From the NCBI GenBank assembly GCA_009914755.4, contig CP068257.2, positions 27,488,001-27,552,000 on the forward strand: DNA of 64,000 nucleotides. The letters run 5' to 3'. Shown piece after piece: positions 42,734 through 58,935 of the stretch (its first letter is position 1; every line of letters starts with the position of its first letter). The DNA is from the human T2T-CHM13v2.0 reference genome, Homo sapiens. Below the pieces are notes generated by a model, which saw only the letters and a program-made list of their open reading frames with translations, was not told the origin of the DNA and ran no database searches. Both the position numbers and the translations under genes were made by a program.

Positions 42734-43929
42734 ACTGCTAGGATACATTGTTAAATTGGGAAATATGGTAATATCTTATATTTATAAATACATGAGCTTG
42801 GTTTTCCAAGGATTGTTAATGATCGTTATTTTCATTAAGACTTTACTGAAGTGGAAATTCATTTTGCAACATGTCTTTTCCCAAACAGTCTTTATTTTCA
42901 AGCAAGATATATTGGGCCAAGTGAATTTGACCCAAGTAGTTAGCTCTCCATTTTTTGATGATTCTGTTGAGAATTTCTTTCTCATTATTTCATAAAGTGT
43001 AGCTGATTATGTTGCCTCTAGCTTGGCTGGCGTAAGCTAGATGCAAAGAGATACGCTAACTAAGGTATTTTAAAAGACAGTTTTTCTTTATTGGAGTCGT
43101 TCAGACACTGCTTAAGGTTTGAACTCCAAACTGAACTTCTCTCTCATCTCCAGAGGAGGTCTCCCTGGATCAAGTTTGGGAGAAATTGTCTTAAGAGGCG
43201 TGATGAGAAGAGTTGCTGAAACTGTTATTTTAAATCATATCTGTTGGATGGAGAAAGAGAGTCAAACATTTTCTAGGATTATAAACTCAGCATTGGCTGA
43301 ATCCAATTTAAAGAATCGCTTCTGGCTTATGACCAATGATGTACGAGAGGTTTGTTATATTTTTACTGATTTTTTTTTTCTTCTCCGTGTGAAAAAGGTG
43401 GGAAGGACTTTCTTGAAAGCTTTGAAAAATTACCAAGAATTCTGATATCTTTAAAGAACTCCTGCTATCATTTTTATCTAATTCTTTCTAGGCCTTTTGC
43501 ATGTGAATAGACATTTTAATATAATTGCATATACAGTAACATGGAATGTATAACATGATTTTTTCCGTAAATATTATAAGCATTTTTCTACAACATACCT
43601 AGCTTTTTGTGTATGTAATATGAAAGTCATTGAAATGAGATATAGACATTTTATGGCTTTTGAAATCTATCACCAAATTTAGAAAAAATAAAATAAAAAA
43701 ATGAAATCTATTACCAAATTGTTTGACAGAAATTTTTAAAAGTATATTATTAAGCTACAATCAACTGTAAAGTTTGCTTTGTTCCAGATAAAGCATTTTA
43801 TCTCATCCAGTAGAGAAACCACTTATTTATTTTTTTGGTATGAAATATTGTATTGGGTACTTTGGTGTTTAGAAGATTAACTGAAATGTCAGAAAAATAG
43901 ACAGACTCTTAGAAAAGTCAGATTGAAGA

Positions 43930-45880
<1,951 letters not shown>

Positions 45881-46317
45881 AGGTGAAAAATGTTACATAA
45901 TTTTAGTGTGTTCAGGCAAAACATCAGAAAGGGGTTTTCATATGAGGCTATCAAAATCAATGTGAGACTTATATTGTCATGTCTTTTTAAAATGTATAAA
46001 ATGATGATTGGGGAGTAACATCTCATCTAGGGGAACATATCAGGATGGGGCAAAAGGGTGCATATGTAATTTGCAAAGGCTTAAATTAAAATTAGTGCAA
46101 TTTTGATTTGTTTTTAGTCATATTTATTCTGAGATTTCTAATAACAGGAGATTTTAAGTTTTTTTTTTTATGTTTAACCAGAAGGATTTATTTCTTTAGG
46201 ATATTCCCAAAGGGAGAGGCTTTTAAACTGTGTTCTGAGGAGTCTCTCACAGATTCGGGAGGGAGAGGGTGTCAGGCAGGGGACTGTACCAAGATCAACC
46301 AGAGAAGGACCAATTTT

Positions 46318-46614
<297 letters not shown>

Positions 46615-47614
46615 AGAGAAGGACCAATTTTATCCCTTTTATTTGCATCCCTTCAGGGTATGACTTTCTTTGCAAAAGGATTCCACAGCAGGGTAACACT
46701 GAAAACCAAACCTCACTTTTATATACCTAAGATATTTTTCTTAAATATTTACTTAGCCTCTAGAAATTACATTTTCATTAACATAAATACACAGTAAATG
46801 GAGACATTTCTCCACAAGTGTTTGCAGGATATATAGTAATGTGGGGAAAAGTTCTATCTTCTCTTTCCTATGATGTCTGATATGAGTAAGATGCCTTCTG
46901 GGTAAGATATGAGATTTGAGTTCATTTTCCAGCTGTGGAGATGCACTTCCCAAGACTGACTTGGCTAGCAAGAATAGAAGACGGTGCCTGGCTTGTAACA
47001 GACTTTCAATAAATACTTGCTGAGCAAATGAGTAGAAGAGCAAAGGCCTGCCTCAGTTCTTTACTTTGTTTATGGAGACAGAGATGTAGCCAAAGGTATT
47101 CTTTCATTTTAGTACTTAGGTTTTTGTGAAATTTCAGTATCCCAGATGCCATCAGGCTGTGAGTTTAAGCTGTTAATGCCCCAATCACAATGATTTGGGT
47201 ATTTTACACCACATAATTAGGTGCAGCCCAGTCATTTAATGGGAATTTCATTCCCAAGTATTTCTACACCTAATTGTCTGCCCGAAACTATATTAAATTT
47301 ATGCCTAGTGTTCCATTATTGGAACACTAAATGTGGGAGTTATTTATATCCTACTGCTCAAGGTCATTGCCAAGATCTGATTTTTCAAATTCAAAAAATT
47401 GCAACCTCAGGCATTAAGTGGGTTAAAAGGGACAGCATATTTACTCTTCTCAGTGAGAGCTCTTTTAAGTAGGTTTCCCTTGCTGAGGAAAGAGGCTCAA
47501 ATCCAATCTCTGGGGTAGCAGAGTGAAGAAACCTTTTGCTGTTCACTTTCTTCCTGTCCCAGGATTAATTCTTGTCAGGTTGATTGATAGTGGGAATCTC
47601 CACTTCCTTTAGGT

Positions 47615-47840
47615 GGTGGTTCTTAACCAGGAAATTCTCCACACCTGCCCCACCCTACATTGGCAATACTTAAGAGACATTTTTGGTTGGTGAGTGTAGG
47701 TTTGCTATTGACATCTAGTGAGTGAGGCCAAGGTTGCTGCTAGACTTCCTACAACGCCAATGTATAGACAGTGCCCAACGACAAAGAATTGCCTGGCCCA
47801 CAATGTCAGTTGTACCAAGGATGAGAAATCCTGCTTTGGA
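47615..47840 (+). mobile_element. hAT-Charlie-type MITE copy (TIR CAGTGGTTCTCAA...TTGAGAAACCCTG family)
   Basis: ggtggttcttaaccaggaaattctccacacctgccccaccctacattggcaatacttaagagacatttttggttggtgagtgtaggtttgctattgacatctagtgagtgaggccaaggttgctgctagacttcctacaacgccaatgtatagacagtgcccaacgacaaagaattgcctggcccacaatgtcagttgtaccaaggatgagaaatcctg matches the remembered repeat cagtggttctcaacc...gacatttggcaatgtctggagacatttttggttgtcacaactgg...gttgagaaaccctg. Confidence 0.6.
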
Positions 47841-49253
47841 GCAAGTCTGACTTCCTCCTGCACGGGTGCAGTGTTGCCCTTTGCTTCCCAATAGATATTA
47901 GTACATTTCTTCATGCATTAAGCATTTGTACAGCTTCAACAACATAGTCTAGACTGAGCATTGGAAATCTCAGTTCAGTATCATTTATTATTCCTCCACC
48001 TGGATAAAATGAAGGTAGACTTTGACATCCTTTCTGTCATCTTGAGGCATTGACTCCTTCTGTCCTGCGTATGAATGCTTTTACTCAGACATAAGTCTCT
48101 CAAGATCCACCAACAATACAGTCTAAATCCCTATTTAAAAGTAAAATTCTCCCTATGATAAAGGTATTTTATTATATTATTTCCCCAAATTCTTTAGCTC
48201 ACTGGGGCCAAACTGTCTAGAATTTTGCCTTTCCCAAATAAAAGTCCCTAGTTAACTTTGAAAGGGCCAAGATCCCTTGTAGTGGTCTCCTCAGCACAGA
48301 GAAATATTTATTCCAGTGATGGATCCATGTCTCAAACTCCTGCAATGTAAAGAATCTCCTTAATTTTGGAATTAATTTCCATAAAGTTTGAAAGTTTTCT
48401 TAACCAATTGACTTGGACTTTCCCTTCCCCTATTTGTTTAGTAACTAAAAACCTTTCCAGGCATGTGGCTTAGGATGGAGGCAACAGATGAGCTATGGTG
48501 GACTCCAAAGTTATGACCTTTTAGGCTATTGAATGGCGTCATGTGGAAAGCTATGTTACAGATTCATGACTGCAGAAATAAGATCTCTCTAACTGTGGTC
48601 TTCTACCCCCATATTACATTACACTGAAGGAAACGATACAAATAGAACCAATAAATCAAAGGCAGAACCACATTCTAGCCTATAATACATATTGATTTGT
48701 TCTTCAGATCATCTATTTATAAGATTGTTTTTGTAGCTTGATGTGCCAAGGTTTAACTATGAATTGCTAATGGATGAGCATAAATATGTCTATATAAATA
48801 GGTCCTGGACAGGAAACAATAGACATTTTGACAGTTTTCATTGGATGTCTGTATAATTACTTATCAAATACATGACACTAATTTAGAAACATATCCGCTG
48901 AGTCTTCTGGGTTCCAGTAAAGAATAAATTATTATTGACTTTCTCCAATGCAAGATCAGACTAGATAATTTAGACTATTCTTTCAAATTGTAAAAATCTA
49001 TGATTTTGTGATTTTTTATCTCTGACAATCAAAATTAATGACAGATAGCTTCAGGAGTTTTACATGAGGTTAGATATGGAGCCAGGGAAATAGCCATTGT
49101 TATCCCCATTACCACCACCTCCCAGACTGTGATTTGAAAGTAAAGTCCACCTAAATCATTTATATGACACAAGTAATTTGAAGAGAAAAATAGAACAGGA
49201 ATAGATGATCTGTTTGATGCATAGGGGATTTAAAGCATGTCTCTCTCTTTCTC

Positions 49254-49552
49254 TTTTTTTTTCTTTTTTTTTGGAATGGAGTCTCACTCTGTCGCCCAGG
49301 CAGGAGTGCAGTGATGTGATCTCGGCTCACTGCAGCTCCACCTCCCAGGTTCCAGCGATTCTCCTGCCTCAGCCTCCCGAGTAGCTGGGATTACAGGCAC
49401 ACACCACCATGCCTCGCTAATTTTTGTATTTTCGGTAGATACAGGGTTTCACCATGTTGGCCAGGCTGGTCTCAAACTCCTGACCTCAAGTGATCTGCCC
49501 GCCTCGGCCTCTCAAAGTGCTGGAATTACAGGTGTGAGCCTCTGTGCCTGCC
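49254..49552 (-). mobile_element. Alu SINE (minus), followed by poly-T at 49553-49570
   Basis: tttttttttcttttttttttggaatggagtctcactctgtcgcccaggcaggagtgcagtgatgtgatctcggctcactgcagctcc...ggtgtgagcctctgtgcctgcc. Confidence 0.9.
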
Positions 49553-50150
49553 TCTTTTTTTTTTTTTTTTAATTTATATAGGCTTTACTCATTAATGTTT
49601 AAAAATAATTACATGAGGAATTTTACTAATTAATATTTAATTATTGACATTTACTACCTAAGCTATGCTTAGGGACACAAAACTCTAAACATTTAATCAG
49701 AAGATAGGCTTGATTTCTGGCTCACTCTTATTAGCTATGTGACTTTTTCCTTTAAATGGAGCACTTTCAGTTTCTATTTCCTCATTTTTAAAACATAAAT
49801 TACTGTATCTCTGAGCTACCTTTTTCTTCAATTATTTATTCAGTAAGTATTTATTGTGAGCCTATTCTATTCTAAACAGCATGGAAGATCCAAAAATCAG
49901 TAACAGCCCAAAGGAACTTTGTTTATATGCGTATCAGTGATGTACCTTATCTTCCAGTTTTGGACACTTTCTAACGTCTGGTTTTGCTCAGTGGACACCA
50001 AAGTGGGTATCCAAGGCAGGCCATTGGGTGCAGGAAGAAAATACTAGAACTTTTATCCTTATTTACTCCTTGTCTTTTTTTCAGGATAACTGCATTTTGA
50101 TAGTTTCAAACTTAGAGAAAAATTGCAAAAGTAGTATAGAGAACTCCCAA

Positions 50151-50504
<354 letters not shown>

Positions 50505-50539
50505 TTATTCTTCCTCCCACGACAGTACTGGGGTTTTCT

Positions 50540-50640
50540 TTCTCTCATACACACACATATACATATATACATATGTGTATGTATATATGTGTGTAAATAC
50601 ATGTATGTATACGTATGCATATATGTGTCATCATGCTCCA
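50540..50640. repeat. Compound (CA)/(TA)/(TG)-rich purine-pyrimidine alternating microsatellite
   Basis: acacacacatatacatatatacatatgtgtatgtatatatgtgtgtaaatacatgtatgtatacgtatgcatatatgtgtc. Confidence 0.8.
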
Positions 50641-50845
50641 CATTGCCCTAAACACTTCAGTAAGTATAGTCTAAAACAATAACATTCTCTCATTTAACCA
50701 TGGTATAATAATTAAAATCAAGAAATTTAGCATTGATATATTATTATTATTTAATTCACAGTCCATATTCAAATTGCATCAATTTCCCAATAATGTTCTT
50801 CAAAACTATTTTTTTTTCAGTTCAGAATAGCACATTGCCTGTGTT

Positions 50846-50875
50846 GTCATTTTCTTTTTTTTTTTTTTTTTTTTT
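50846..50875. repeat. Poly-T tract (about 27 nt)
   Basis: tttctttttttttttttttttttttttggtttc. Confidence 0.8.
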
Positions 50876-52301
50876 GGTTTCTTTAAATACGGAGGAGTTC
50901 TTAACATTTTTAAAGATACAGGTTAACAATTTTGTAGAATTTCCCTGAATTTGATTTGGTCTGTATGATTAGATATAGAGTGTACATTTTTGGCAGGAAT
51001 ACCACAGAAATGATGTGTGTTTCACAGTGCATGTGATGTCTATTTATCTCATGACTAGCAGTGTCAACTTTGGTCATTTGGTGAAAGTGGCCTTCCAGTT
51101 TTCATCACACATTTCCCTTTTCAATTAAGTAATTTGTAGGAGACACTGAGGTTATGTAAATATTTTGTTCCTTATCAGACTTTCACCCCCCAGGTTTAGC
51201 ATCCGGTCTTATCCTGTTACATATCCATATTTGGGTATGCTTTATAATGTATGTAATATATTGGCAGGTATATAATTTATGAATGAATATGCAGACATAC
51301 GTAGAAGTAGTTTGGGTTTGTGTTCAATTTTTTTTAACCAATAGTATTATATAATAAAACATGTTTGGAGACCTAATTGAATGAGATGGTCAGGCTGTTT
51401 TCTAGCTCTGGATTATTGAAACATTACAGGTTGTGTTTTGATGAGCAACCCCCCCCTCCCCCCGCCCCTTGTTCCCAGTGGCCACAGGCTTATTTCCAAT
51501 ATAAACTTGAATATTATTGCTTTTCAGGAATATATGTATTTTCCTTTCTTCTTTTCATATTATGTAGTGTCAGATCAGTATCTGATCAGTGGAAGAAGGA
51601 AGAGGAGAGGCTTTTAGAAATGTAGCCAACTGTAGTGATGAAAGAATGTAAGGAAGATAGTATTTGCATGTATTTTATGCTAAAGCAATGTTATTACTAC
51701 TTTAAAACAGGGGTTCAAAACTGTTTCCTAGGAACACAACTGTAAAACATCAGGAGCTTTTCAGGGTAGGGGGAACCTAGGAGGAGAAGCCTTGGGACTG
51801 AGACTGGTGGCAGTGTGTCCTAAGCTTTGGTCATTTGGGTACAACTTCTGTGAATGATCATGAAGTAAGTTCCAGATACTTCCACATCTACATTATTATT
51901 GACTCAAACTTTTTTTGTAAGTCATCTTTATGTAGATCTTCTTTTAATTAGCCTCCTTTTAGGGCACAAGATCTTTGAAATCATATGTTAGATGCGTTGG
52001 TTTATATTTAAAAATACACATTAATTTAATTCAAAAGTCTAATGAAGCTTTCAGTACAACCTACAATCATCTAATGCTAACACCAGCAGTACAAAGCCTT
52101 CCCTTTGGAAAGCTCATCTAGAAAACTATGTATCTGAAGGTCATTTACCAACTGTTTTTTGCCCTACAGAGGAGGAAGAAATGTAAGGCAAAGGAGAATT
52201 CAGTTAGATTTTGTCTAGGTTAGGATTACCTGACCTCCATGATGGAGACAGACCTGGTATCCTTTGGGTTATCATGTTTATTAAATCTACACATGGACTG
52301 A

Positions 52302-52625
<324 letters not shown>

Positions 52626-53325
52626 TAATGTGTATTTAAATCAATGAATTATTTACAACTATTAACTAAGAACTAAGTTTCTTTAAAGTGTTTTCATTAC
52701 AATTTTCCTACAGTAGCTTCAGCCTGCTTCCTCAATTCTGGAGTCACGTCAGCATCAAATGTGGACACAGTTTTGTTAATTTGGGCTGCAATATATATGT
52801 AAGGATTAGGGAAAGACATAGGAGGTAATATCTACAAGGACAGAGTTGGGATTCTGTAGTTCAAAGAAGTCTATTGGAGATTTGTTCAACTCAGATGTAG
52901 GAAACAAAGGAAGATAACAACTGAATTTGGGGGACAAAGACTCAGCCAAGAGAAAACTATAGTTGTCCTCTCTACAAGACAATAGGCAGCATCTTAAATT
53001 ATGAAAAATTTTACACAGATATTTTTCTAAATTATTTTTACAATTTTCTGTATTTTTAAAATGATCATGTTTTTGACTACTAAAGAACCTATGGGACTTT
53101 TGGTGTATGGTTAGTATTTTGGAAGTGTCTAGTCGAGGTGCTAGAATAAAGGTATATAAAATTTGCAAAGCTGGACAAATAAAAGTCATTGGAGGCAAGT
53201 AGAGATGGGAAAAAATTCAGAACAGCAGAATGAATCATTCTACTTCCATCATGCTATTACTGAATAATTTAATTTGCTTGCATTGAATTCTGTGCTTCTT
53301 CCTGCCCTTTACCCCGAATCTTCAG

Positions 53326-53506
53326 GAAGGAGCTCATTGCCAAGTTAGATCAGGCAGAAAAGGAGAAGGTGGATGCTGCTGAGCTGGTTCGGGAATTCGA
53401 GGCTCTGACGGAGGAGAATCGGACGTTGAGGTTGGCCCAGTCTCAATGTGTGGAACAACTGGAGAAACTTCGAATACAGTATCAGAAGAGGCAGGGCTCG
53501 TCCTAA
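53326..53506 (+). CDS. MAP3K7CL: Terminal coding exon (phase-1 start, stop TAA at 53504-53506): (K)ELIAKLDQAEKEKVDAAELVREFEALTEENRTLRLAQSQCVEQLEKLRIQYQKRQGSS*. Homologous to the TAK1 C-terminus [59 protein letters not shown].
   Basis: Acceptor ccccgaatcttcag|GAAGGAGC. The open frame is exactly in phase with the 38559-38674 exon (AA+G=AAG). Coiled-coil heptad character. The conserved ...QKRQG(S/T)S* end matches remembered TAK1. The six-frame track shows only the antisense ORF 53334-53561. Confidence 0.7.
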
Positions 53507-54051
53507 CTTTAAATTTTTCAGTGTGAGCATACGAGGCTGATGACTGCCCTGTGCTGGCCAAAAGATTTTTATTTTAAATGAATAGTGAGTCAGATCTATT
53601 GCTTCTCTGTATTACCCACATGACAACTGTCTATAATGAGTTTACTGCTTGCCAGCTTCTAGCTTGAGAGAAGGGATATTTTAAATGAGATCATTAACGT
53701 GAAACTATTACTAGTATATGTTTTTGGAGATCAGAATTCTTTTCCAAAGATATATGTTTTTTTCTTTTTTAGGAAGATATGATCATGCTGTACAACAGGG
53801 TAGAAAATGATAAAAATAGACTATTGACTGACCCAGCTAAGAATCGTGGGCTGAGCAGAGTTAAACCATGGGACAAACCCATAACATGTTCACCATAGTT
53901 TCACGTATGTGTATTTTTAAATTTCATGCCTTTAATATTTCAAATATGCTCAAATTTAAACTGTCAGAAACTTCTCTGCATGTATTTATATTTGCCAGAG
54001 TATAAACTTTTATACTCTGATTTTTATCCTTCAATGATTGATTATACTAAG

Positions 54052-54057
54052 AATAAA
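54052..54057 (+). terminator. Candidate polyadenylation signal AATAAA for the TAK1-like transcript. A second AATAAA lies at about 54154. The implied 3'UTR is about 550-650 nt.
   Basis: ctaagAATAAAtggtcacatatcc and gtaatAATAAAcagataagg downstream of the stop codon. No EST or transcript evidence available. Confidence 0.3.
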
Positions 54058-54629
54058 TGGTCACATATCCTAAAAGCTTCTTCATGAAATTATTAGCAGA
54101 AACCATGTTTGTAACCAAAGCACATTTGCCAATGCTAACTGGCTGTTGTAATAATAAACAGATAAGGCTGCATTTGCTTCATGCCATGTGACCTCACAGT
54201 AAACATCTCTGCCTTTGCCTGTGTGTGTTCTGGGGGAGGGGGGACATGGAAAAATATTGTTTGGACATTACTTGGGTGAGTGCCCATGAAAACATCAGTG
54301 AACTTGTAACTATTGTTTTGTTTTGGATTTAAGGAGATGTTTTAGATCAGTAACAGCTAATAGGAATATGCGAGTAAATTCAGAATTGAAACAATTTCTC
54401 CTTGTTCTACCTATCACCACATTTTCTCAAATTGAACTCTTTGTTATATGTCCATTTCTATTCATGTAACTTCTTTTTCATTAAACATGGATCAAAACTG
54501 ACAGTTTCTAGTTTGCTCCTTTCTTAACCTCCTTTGTGCTAGATGTTGCGATGACCTAGCCCTAGTCGGAAACTGATTCTTAGCTGTATTTGCATGTGCC
54601 AAAAAAAAAGAAGTGAAGTCCCCTTTCTT

Positions 54630-55144
<515 letters not shown>

Positions 55145-55237
55145 TGAATGTGATGCATTTGTATCTTGAGATATTTGCCCCAAAAACAGAAAAAAAGGAA
55201 TAATTCATTAAAACAAGATGACCTCAGATAAATGAGT

Positions 55238-55440
55238 GGTTTTCAAATGGGCGTGATTTTGCTCCCAGGGGACCTTTGACAATGTCTGGAAATAGTTTTT
55301 GTTGCCACAGCTAGCATGAGGGAGTCCTACTTGTATCTAGAGGACTGAGTCCAGGATACTGCTAACCATCCTGCCCAGAACAGTGCCTGCAACAGAGTTG
55401 TCCACCTCAGTGTGACAATAGCACTGAGATTGATGTGCCC
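55238..55440 (+). mobile_element. Second copy of the hAT-Charlie-type MITE seen at 47615-47840
   Basis: gtggttttcaaatgggcgtgattttgctcccaggggacctttgacaatgtctggaaatagtttttgttgccacagctagcatgagggagtcctacttgtatctagaggactgagtccaggatactgctaaccatcctgcccagaacagtgcctgcaacagagttgtccacctcagtgtgacaatagcactgagattg. Confidence 0.55.
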
Positions 55441-57379
55441 TGGGATAGACAAGTCTCTGGACAGTTTGGGCAAATGTGAAGGGAGGCATGGTGCAGGGCC
55501 ACAGGTTTTTTTGCCACGTGATGCAAAAGAGCATAAGAGCTGGGAGGCCCTTATGCATGTTGATCTTCAATTTCCTCATTTGTGAAATGAAGCTTTTTGA
55601 TAGACCTCAAAGTTTTCATGTTATGTGAGCCTATTCACCCTTAAGCTGCTTTAACATTTGACTGAAGGTGAAAGTCTCTACTGTTCTGGAAGAACCTTCT
55701 GTTTCAGTAACCCACCTCCTCTTTTTAGTATAAGGCTAATAAACACCAGTATAAAGGAGGAATTGTTCACTAAGTTAATACAAATACAAAGTTAGCAGAA
55801 TGGGAGGAAGAAAGGTAAGTTACTCATCTTTAAATATAAAGATTAGTTTTTGGACACTGCTCATCTGAGACAGTTGCATATATTTACAAAATTCAAGCAG
55901 TCACAGTCCCTTCTAGAAAATGGGAAGCCGGGAAATACGGTTCCAAAATCTCTTTGCTTTACCAGAATGAAAATAATTTAACAAAGTAAAAGTATTTGAA
56001 CACAACTATTATTACATTAAGGAGTCACTGATGGTTTTCTTATCTTTGCTGGTGTTAGCTTGACTTTTTACTATTTCCAAAAGTTATATATTTGTGACTC
56101 AAAAGCAAGCATTTCCCTAGGTGTATATGTTGTAAGAAGATTTTTGTTAATTAGAACATGAAAATATTATCTACTTTTATAGCATGTCAGAGAAATCTTA
56201 TGTGAGAAGGTGGAATTTCTTATATTATCTGTCTCTTTTTTTTCAATAATTTGACAAATTTCCACCAATCTTATTTACCACTGCATATTATCTATATAAT
56301 GACCATTTAAGAATTTTCTATCTTCAAATATATTTGCAATATTCTTGCTATTAGCAATAATGACAATATTATAGAGCATAAAAACGAGCACAGAAGTATT
56401 ATGGTGTTATTAGTACTATAGCATTAGGGTGAGGGTGCTTGCTTTAGAGATAGAATTAAAATAAAATGTAACTCACATTATATTCTGTAATTGCTCTACT
56501 AAAGAATTTGTCATTTATGGGCCATTTATTTTGTGTAGACATGAAAAGAATGTGGTTACACCTAGCTAGAAAATGTATAACCTTTGATATGGGCAGGGCA
56601 TGTTTCTCTTTCTCATCCTGGTACCTGAGTTTGAGTGTATGATTAACTCAGTGCAAGTAAGGAGCTAAATAAAAGAGATCTGGAACTGAAATTCAATTCA
56701 ACAAAAATTTATTATACACTTAGCTGGTGCAGGGCCGAGCAACAGCAATAGAAGATGCAAAAATGACAAAGATAATGTGGTCCTAGCACATTTAGGGATG
56801 GATTGCACTAGATTGCCCTAGAGAATAGAGGCACAGGGAACTGATACAAGGCTAATAGAAAAGCATGTGCAAGGCAAGTCTAAGAGCAGCAGCATTTGAA
56901 AGAGAGTAACAGACTAAGAGGGATGGGAAAGACATAATGGGAGGTAGACTCCACAGGGCTTCAGATGGATTGCATGTGTGATTGAGGCAAGGAAGAGGAA
57001 GAGAAAGAACATTTAATGACCTCCTTCAGTGCCAGACTATACTAGGTGCTTTGTATAGGCTGTATTATTTTAAACACCTGAGAGACAGCTGTGATTGTCC
57101 CTTTTCTCCAATGTTGTATAATTTGTAGAAAGTTCTCAGAGCTGGGATTCAAGTGCAAAGTTTCATTCACTCATTAATTCATATAGTCAATATTTATTGA
57201 ATGTCCACGCTCTGCCAGGCATCCTGGAAGATACCAGGGACACAAAAGTGAACACTAGAAACAAGGGTTCTATTGGGTTCTCAAGGAACCCTTAGTCTAG
57301 TAAGGGAGGTAGATATTTATCTAAATACCCAAATGGGATAGTTTTAAAACATATCAAAAAATTTCCATAAGAGGTAGAG

Positions 57380-57810
57380 CCTAATTTCTCTCCCATTTAG
57401 TGTGGGTTGGACTTAAAGACATATTTTTAACAAATAGAGTCAAGCAGCAGTGACAACATCTGACTTCTAAGTCTAGGTCATGAAAGACATTGGAGCTTCC
57501 TTCCCACCTGCTGTCTCTTGGATCACTTGCCCTGGGGTGAGCCAGCTGCCACGGAGAAGCCCACAGGTAAGGAACTGACACCTTCGGCCAACAGCCACGT
57601 AAGTGAACTTGGAAGCAGATCTGCCAGCTCCAGGCAAGACTTCAAACGCTGCAGTCTGGCTGACATCTTGAGTGCAGCCTCATGAAAGTCTCTGAGTCAG
57701 AACCACCCAGCTGAACTGCCCCTGGTTCCCGATTCTCAGGAACTTTGAGGCAATAATACTGGTTTTAAGCTGCTAAGTTTGGGGTGATTTGTTTTGCAGC
57801 AATAAGTAAT
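57380..57810 (+). mobile_element. MaLR-type LTR (MLT1-like) fragment
   Basis: 3' end ...ccagctgaactgcccctggttcccgattctcaggaactttgaggcaataatactggttttaagctgctaagtttggggtgatttgttttgcagcaataag resembles MLT1 termini (...ctgtgagataataaatgtttgttgttttaagccactaagttttggggtaatttgttacgcagcaatag). Confidence 0.5.
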
Positions 57811-57879
57811 GAAGATAACCACAAAAATGAGATAAGTGACAAAATGTAGTTGATGAATGCACCTTAAAAACAGAATCTT

Positions 57880-58170
57880 GCCGGGTGCGGTGGCTCACGC
57901 CTGTAATCCCAGCAGTTTGGGAGGCTGAGGCAGGTGGATCACCTGAGGTCAGGAGTTCAAGACCAGCCTGGCCAACATGGTGAAACCCTGTCTTTACTAA
58001 ATATACAAAAATTAGCCGGGCGTGGTGGTGGGCACCTGTAATCCCAGCTACTCGGGAGGCTGAGGCAGGAGAATCGGTTGAATCCGGGAGGCAGAGTTTG
58101 CAGTGAGTTTGCACTCCAGCCTGGGCAACAAGAGTGAAACTTTGTCTCAAACAAACAAACAAACAAACAC
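57880..58170 (+). mobile_element. Alu SINE (plus) with an internal deletion in the right arm. It has a (CAAA)n tail and TSD (A/G)GAATCTT (57872-57879 and 58171-58178).
   Basis: gccgggtgcggtggctcacgcctgtaatcccagcagtttgggaggctgaggcaggtggatcacctgaggtcaggagttcaagacc...gcagtgagtttgcactccagcctgggcaacaagagtgaaactttgtctcaaacaaacaaacaaacaaacac. Confidence 0.9.
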
Positions 58171-58689
58171 GGAATCTTACTGAGATAGGGAGTCTGGGAT
58201 GGCTGCTTAGTGTAGTGTCTACTGAGCTAAGATCTAATGGATGAGTAAGAACTAAAGAGGCAAAGAAGGCAGGTGGAGGAAGACAACCTAGACAGAGTGA
58301 AAACACATGCAAAGGCCCTGTGGCATGCTCAAAGACCTGAAGAAAGGCCAGGATGGCTGAGCATGAAGGGGTAGGGAGAATATAGTATTAGGTAGTATAG
58401 TATAAGGTAAGGTTGTAGAATAGGTCAAGAACTTGAAGATCACATTAAGAATGTTGGCCTAAAAGCAAAGATAAGCCATTGGAGAATTTTAAGCATATTA
58501 CAGGGGTAACATTACCTAACTTAAGTTGCTTAGAGTGCTATATAGGGTTATTTATACTATACATATTTAGGTAGACAGATAGTAGAAAGATGATAGGGTT
58601 CTTTAGATGGGGTTGTTATACACATTTTACTTGCGATGTCCTCTGTGGTTGTTATTATTTTGTATTACAAGAAGGGAAACCCCTCAGAT

Positions 58690-58935
58690 TGCACCCTCTC
58701 TCTCTTACTTTCCCAGAGGAAGAGCGGAACAGTTCTCAATGGCAAATGGAAGTTGCAGTGAAGCAGCACCCGGAGCCAGTGTCAGGCTCCCGAGAGAGCG
58801 CTGCACCGCCGCATGTGGTTTCTGGTGCTCTACATGTTCGGAGAAACTTATCTGGTAGTGAGCTATAGAAACAATCCCTGCAAGCGTCGTCTTTATAAGG
58901 TCATTTTAATGACTATTTTTCTCCTCAGGAAATAG
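58690..58935 (+). promoter_or_regulatory. CpG-containing segment with a strong splice donor (CAGGAAATAG|gtaagccc at about 58935). Candidate transcription start or first exon of a downstream transcript (for example a lncRNA). It lies about 5 kb beyond the TAK1-like stop codon.
   Basis: CpGs: agcggaac, cccggag, ccgagagagcgctgcaccgccgcatg, ttcggag, caagcgtcgtc, then gtcggcctccgctg. Donor consensus. No conservation or expression data available. Confidence 0.2.

Noticed and set aside
53334-53561. 75-aa and 61-aa minus-strand ORFs over the terminal exon
   Set aside because: For the same reason: these are antisense artefacts of the plus-strand terminal coding exon.
57773-58312. 179-aa minus-strand ORF
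   Set aside because: It runs through an Alu element (57880-58170) and the adjacent MaLR LTR relic. It shows typical Alu-encoded pseudo-peptide motifs (SQAGVQ..., PASASQ...).
58590-58868. Overlapping plus-strand ORFs of 92 aa and 83 aa
   Set aside because: There is no homology. The ORFs overlap each other in different frames in a CpG-containing stretch that is more likely a 5' exon or regulatory region than coding sequence. The region is kept only as a low-confidence regulatory candidate.
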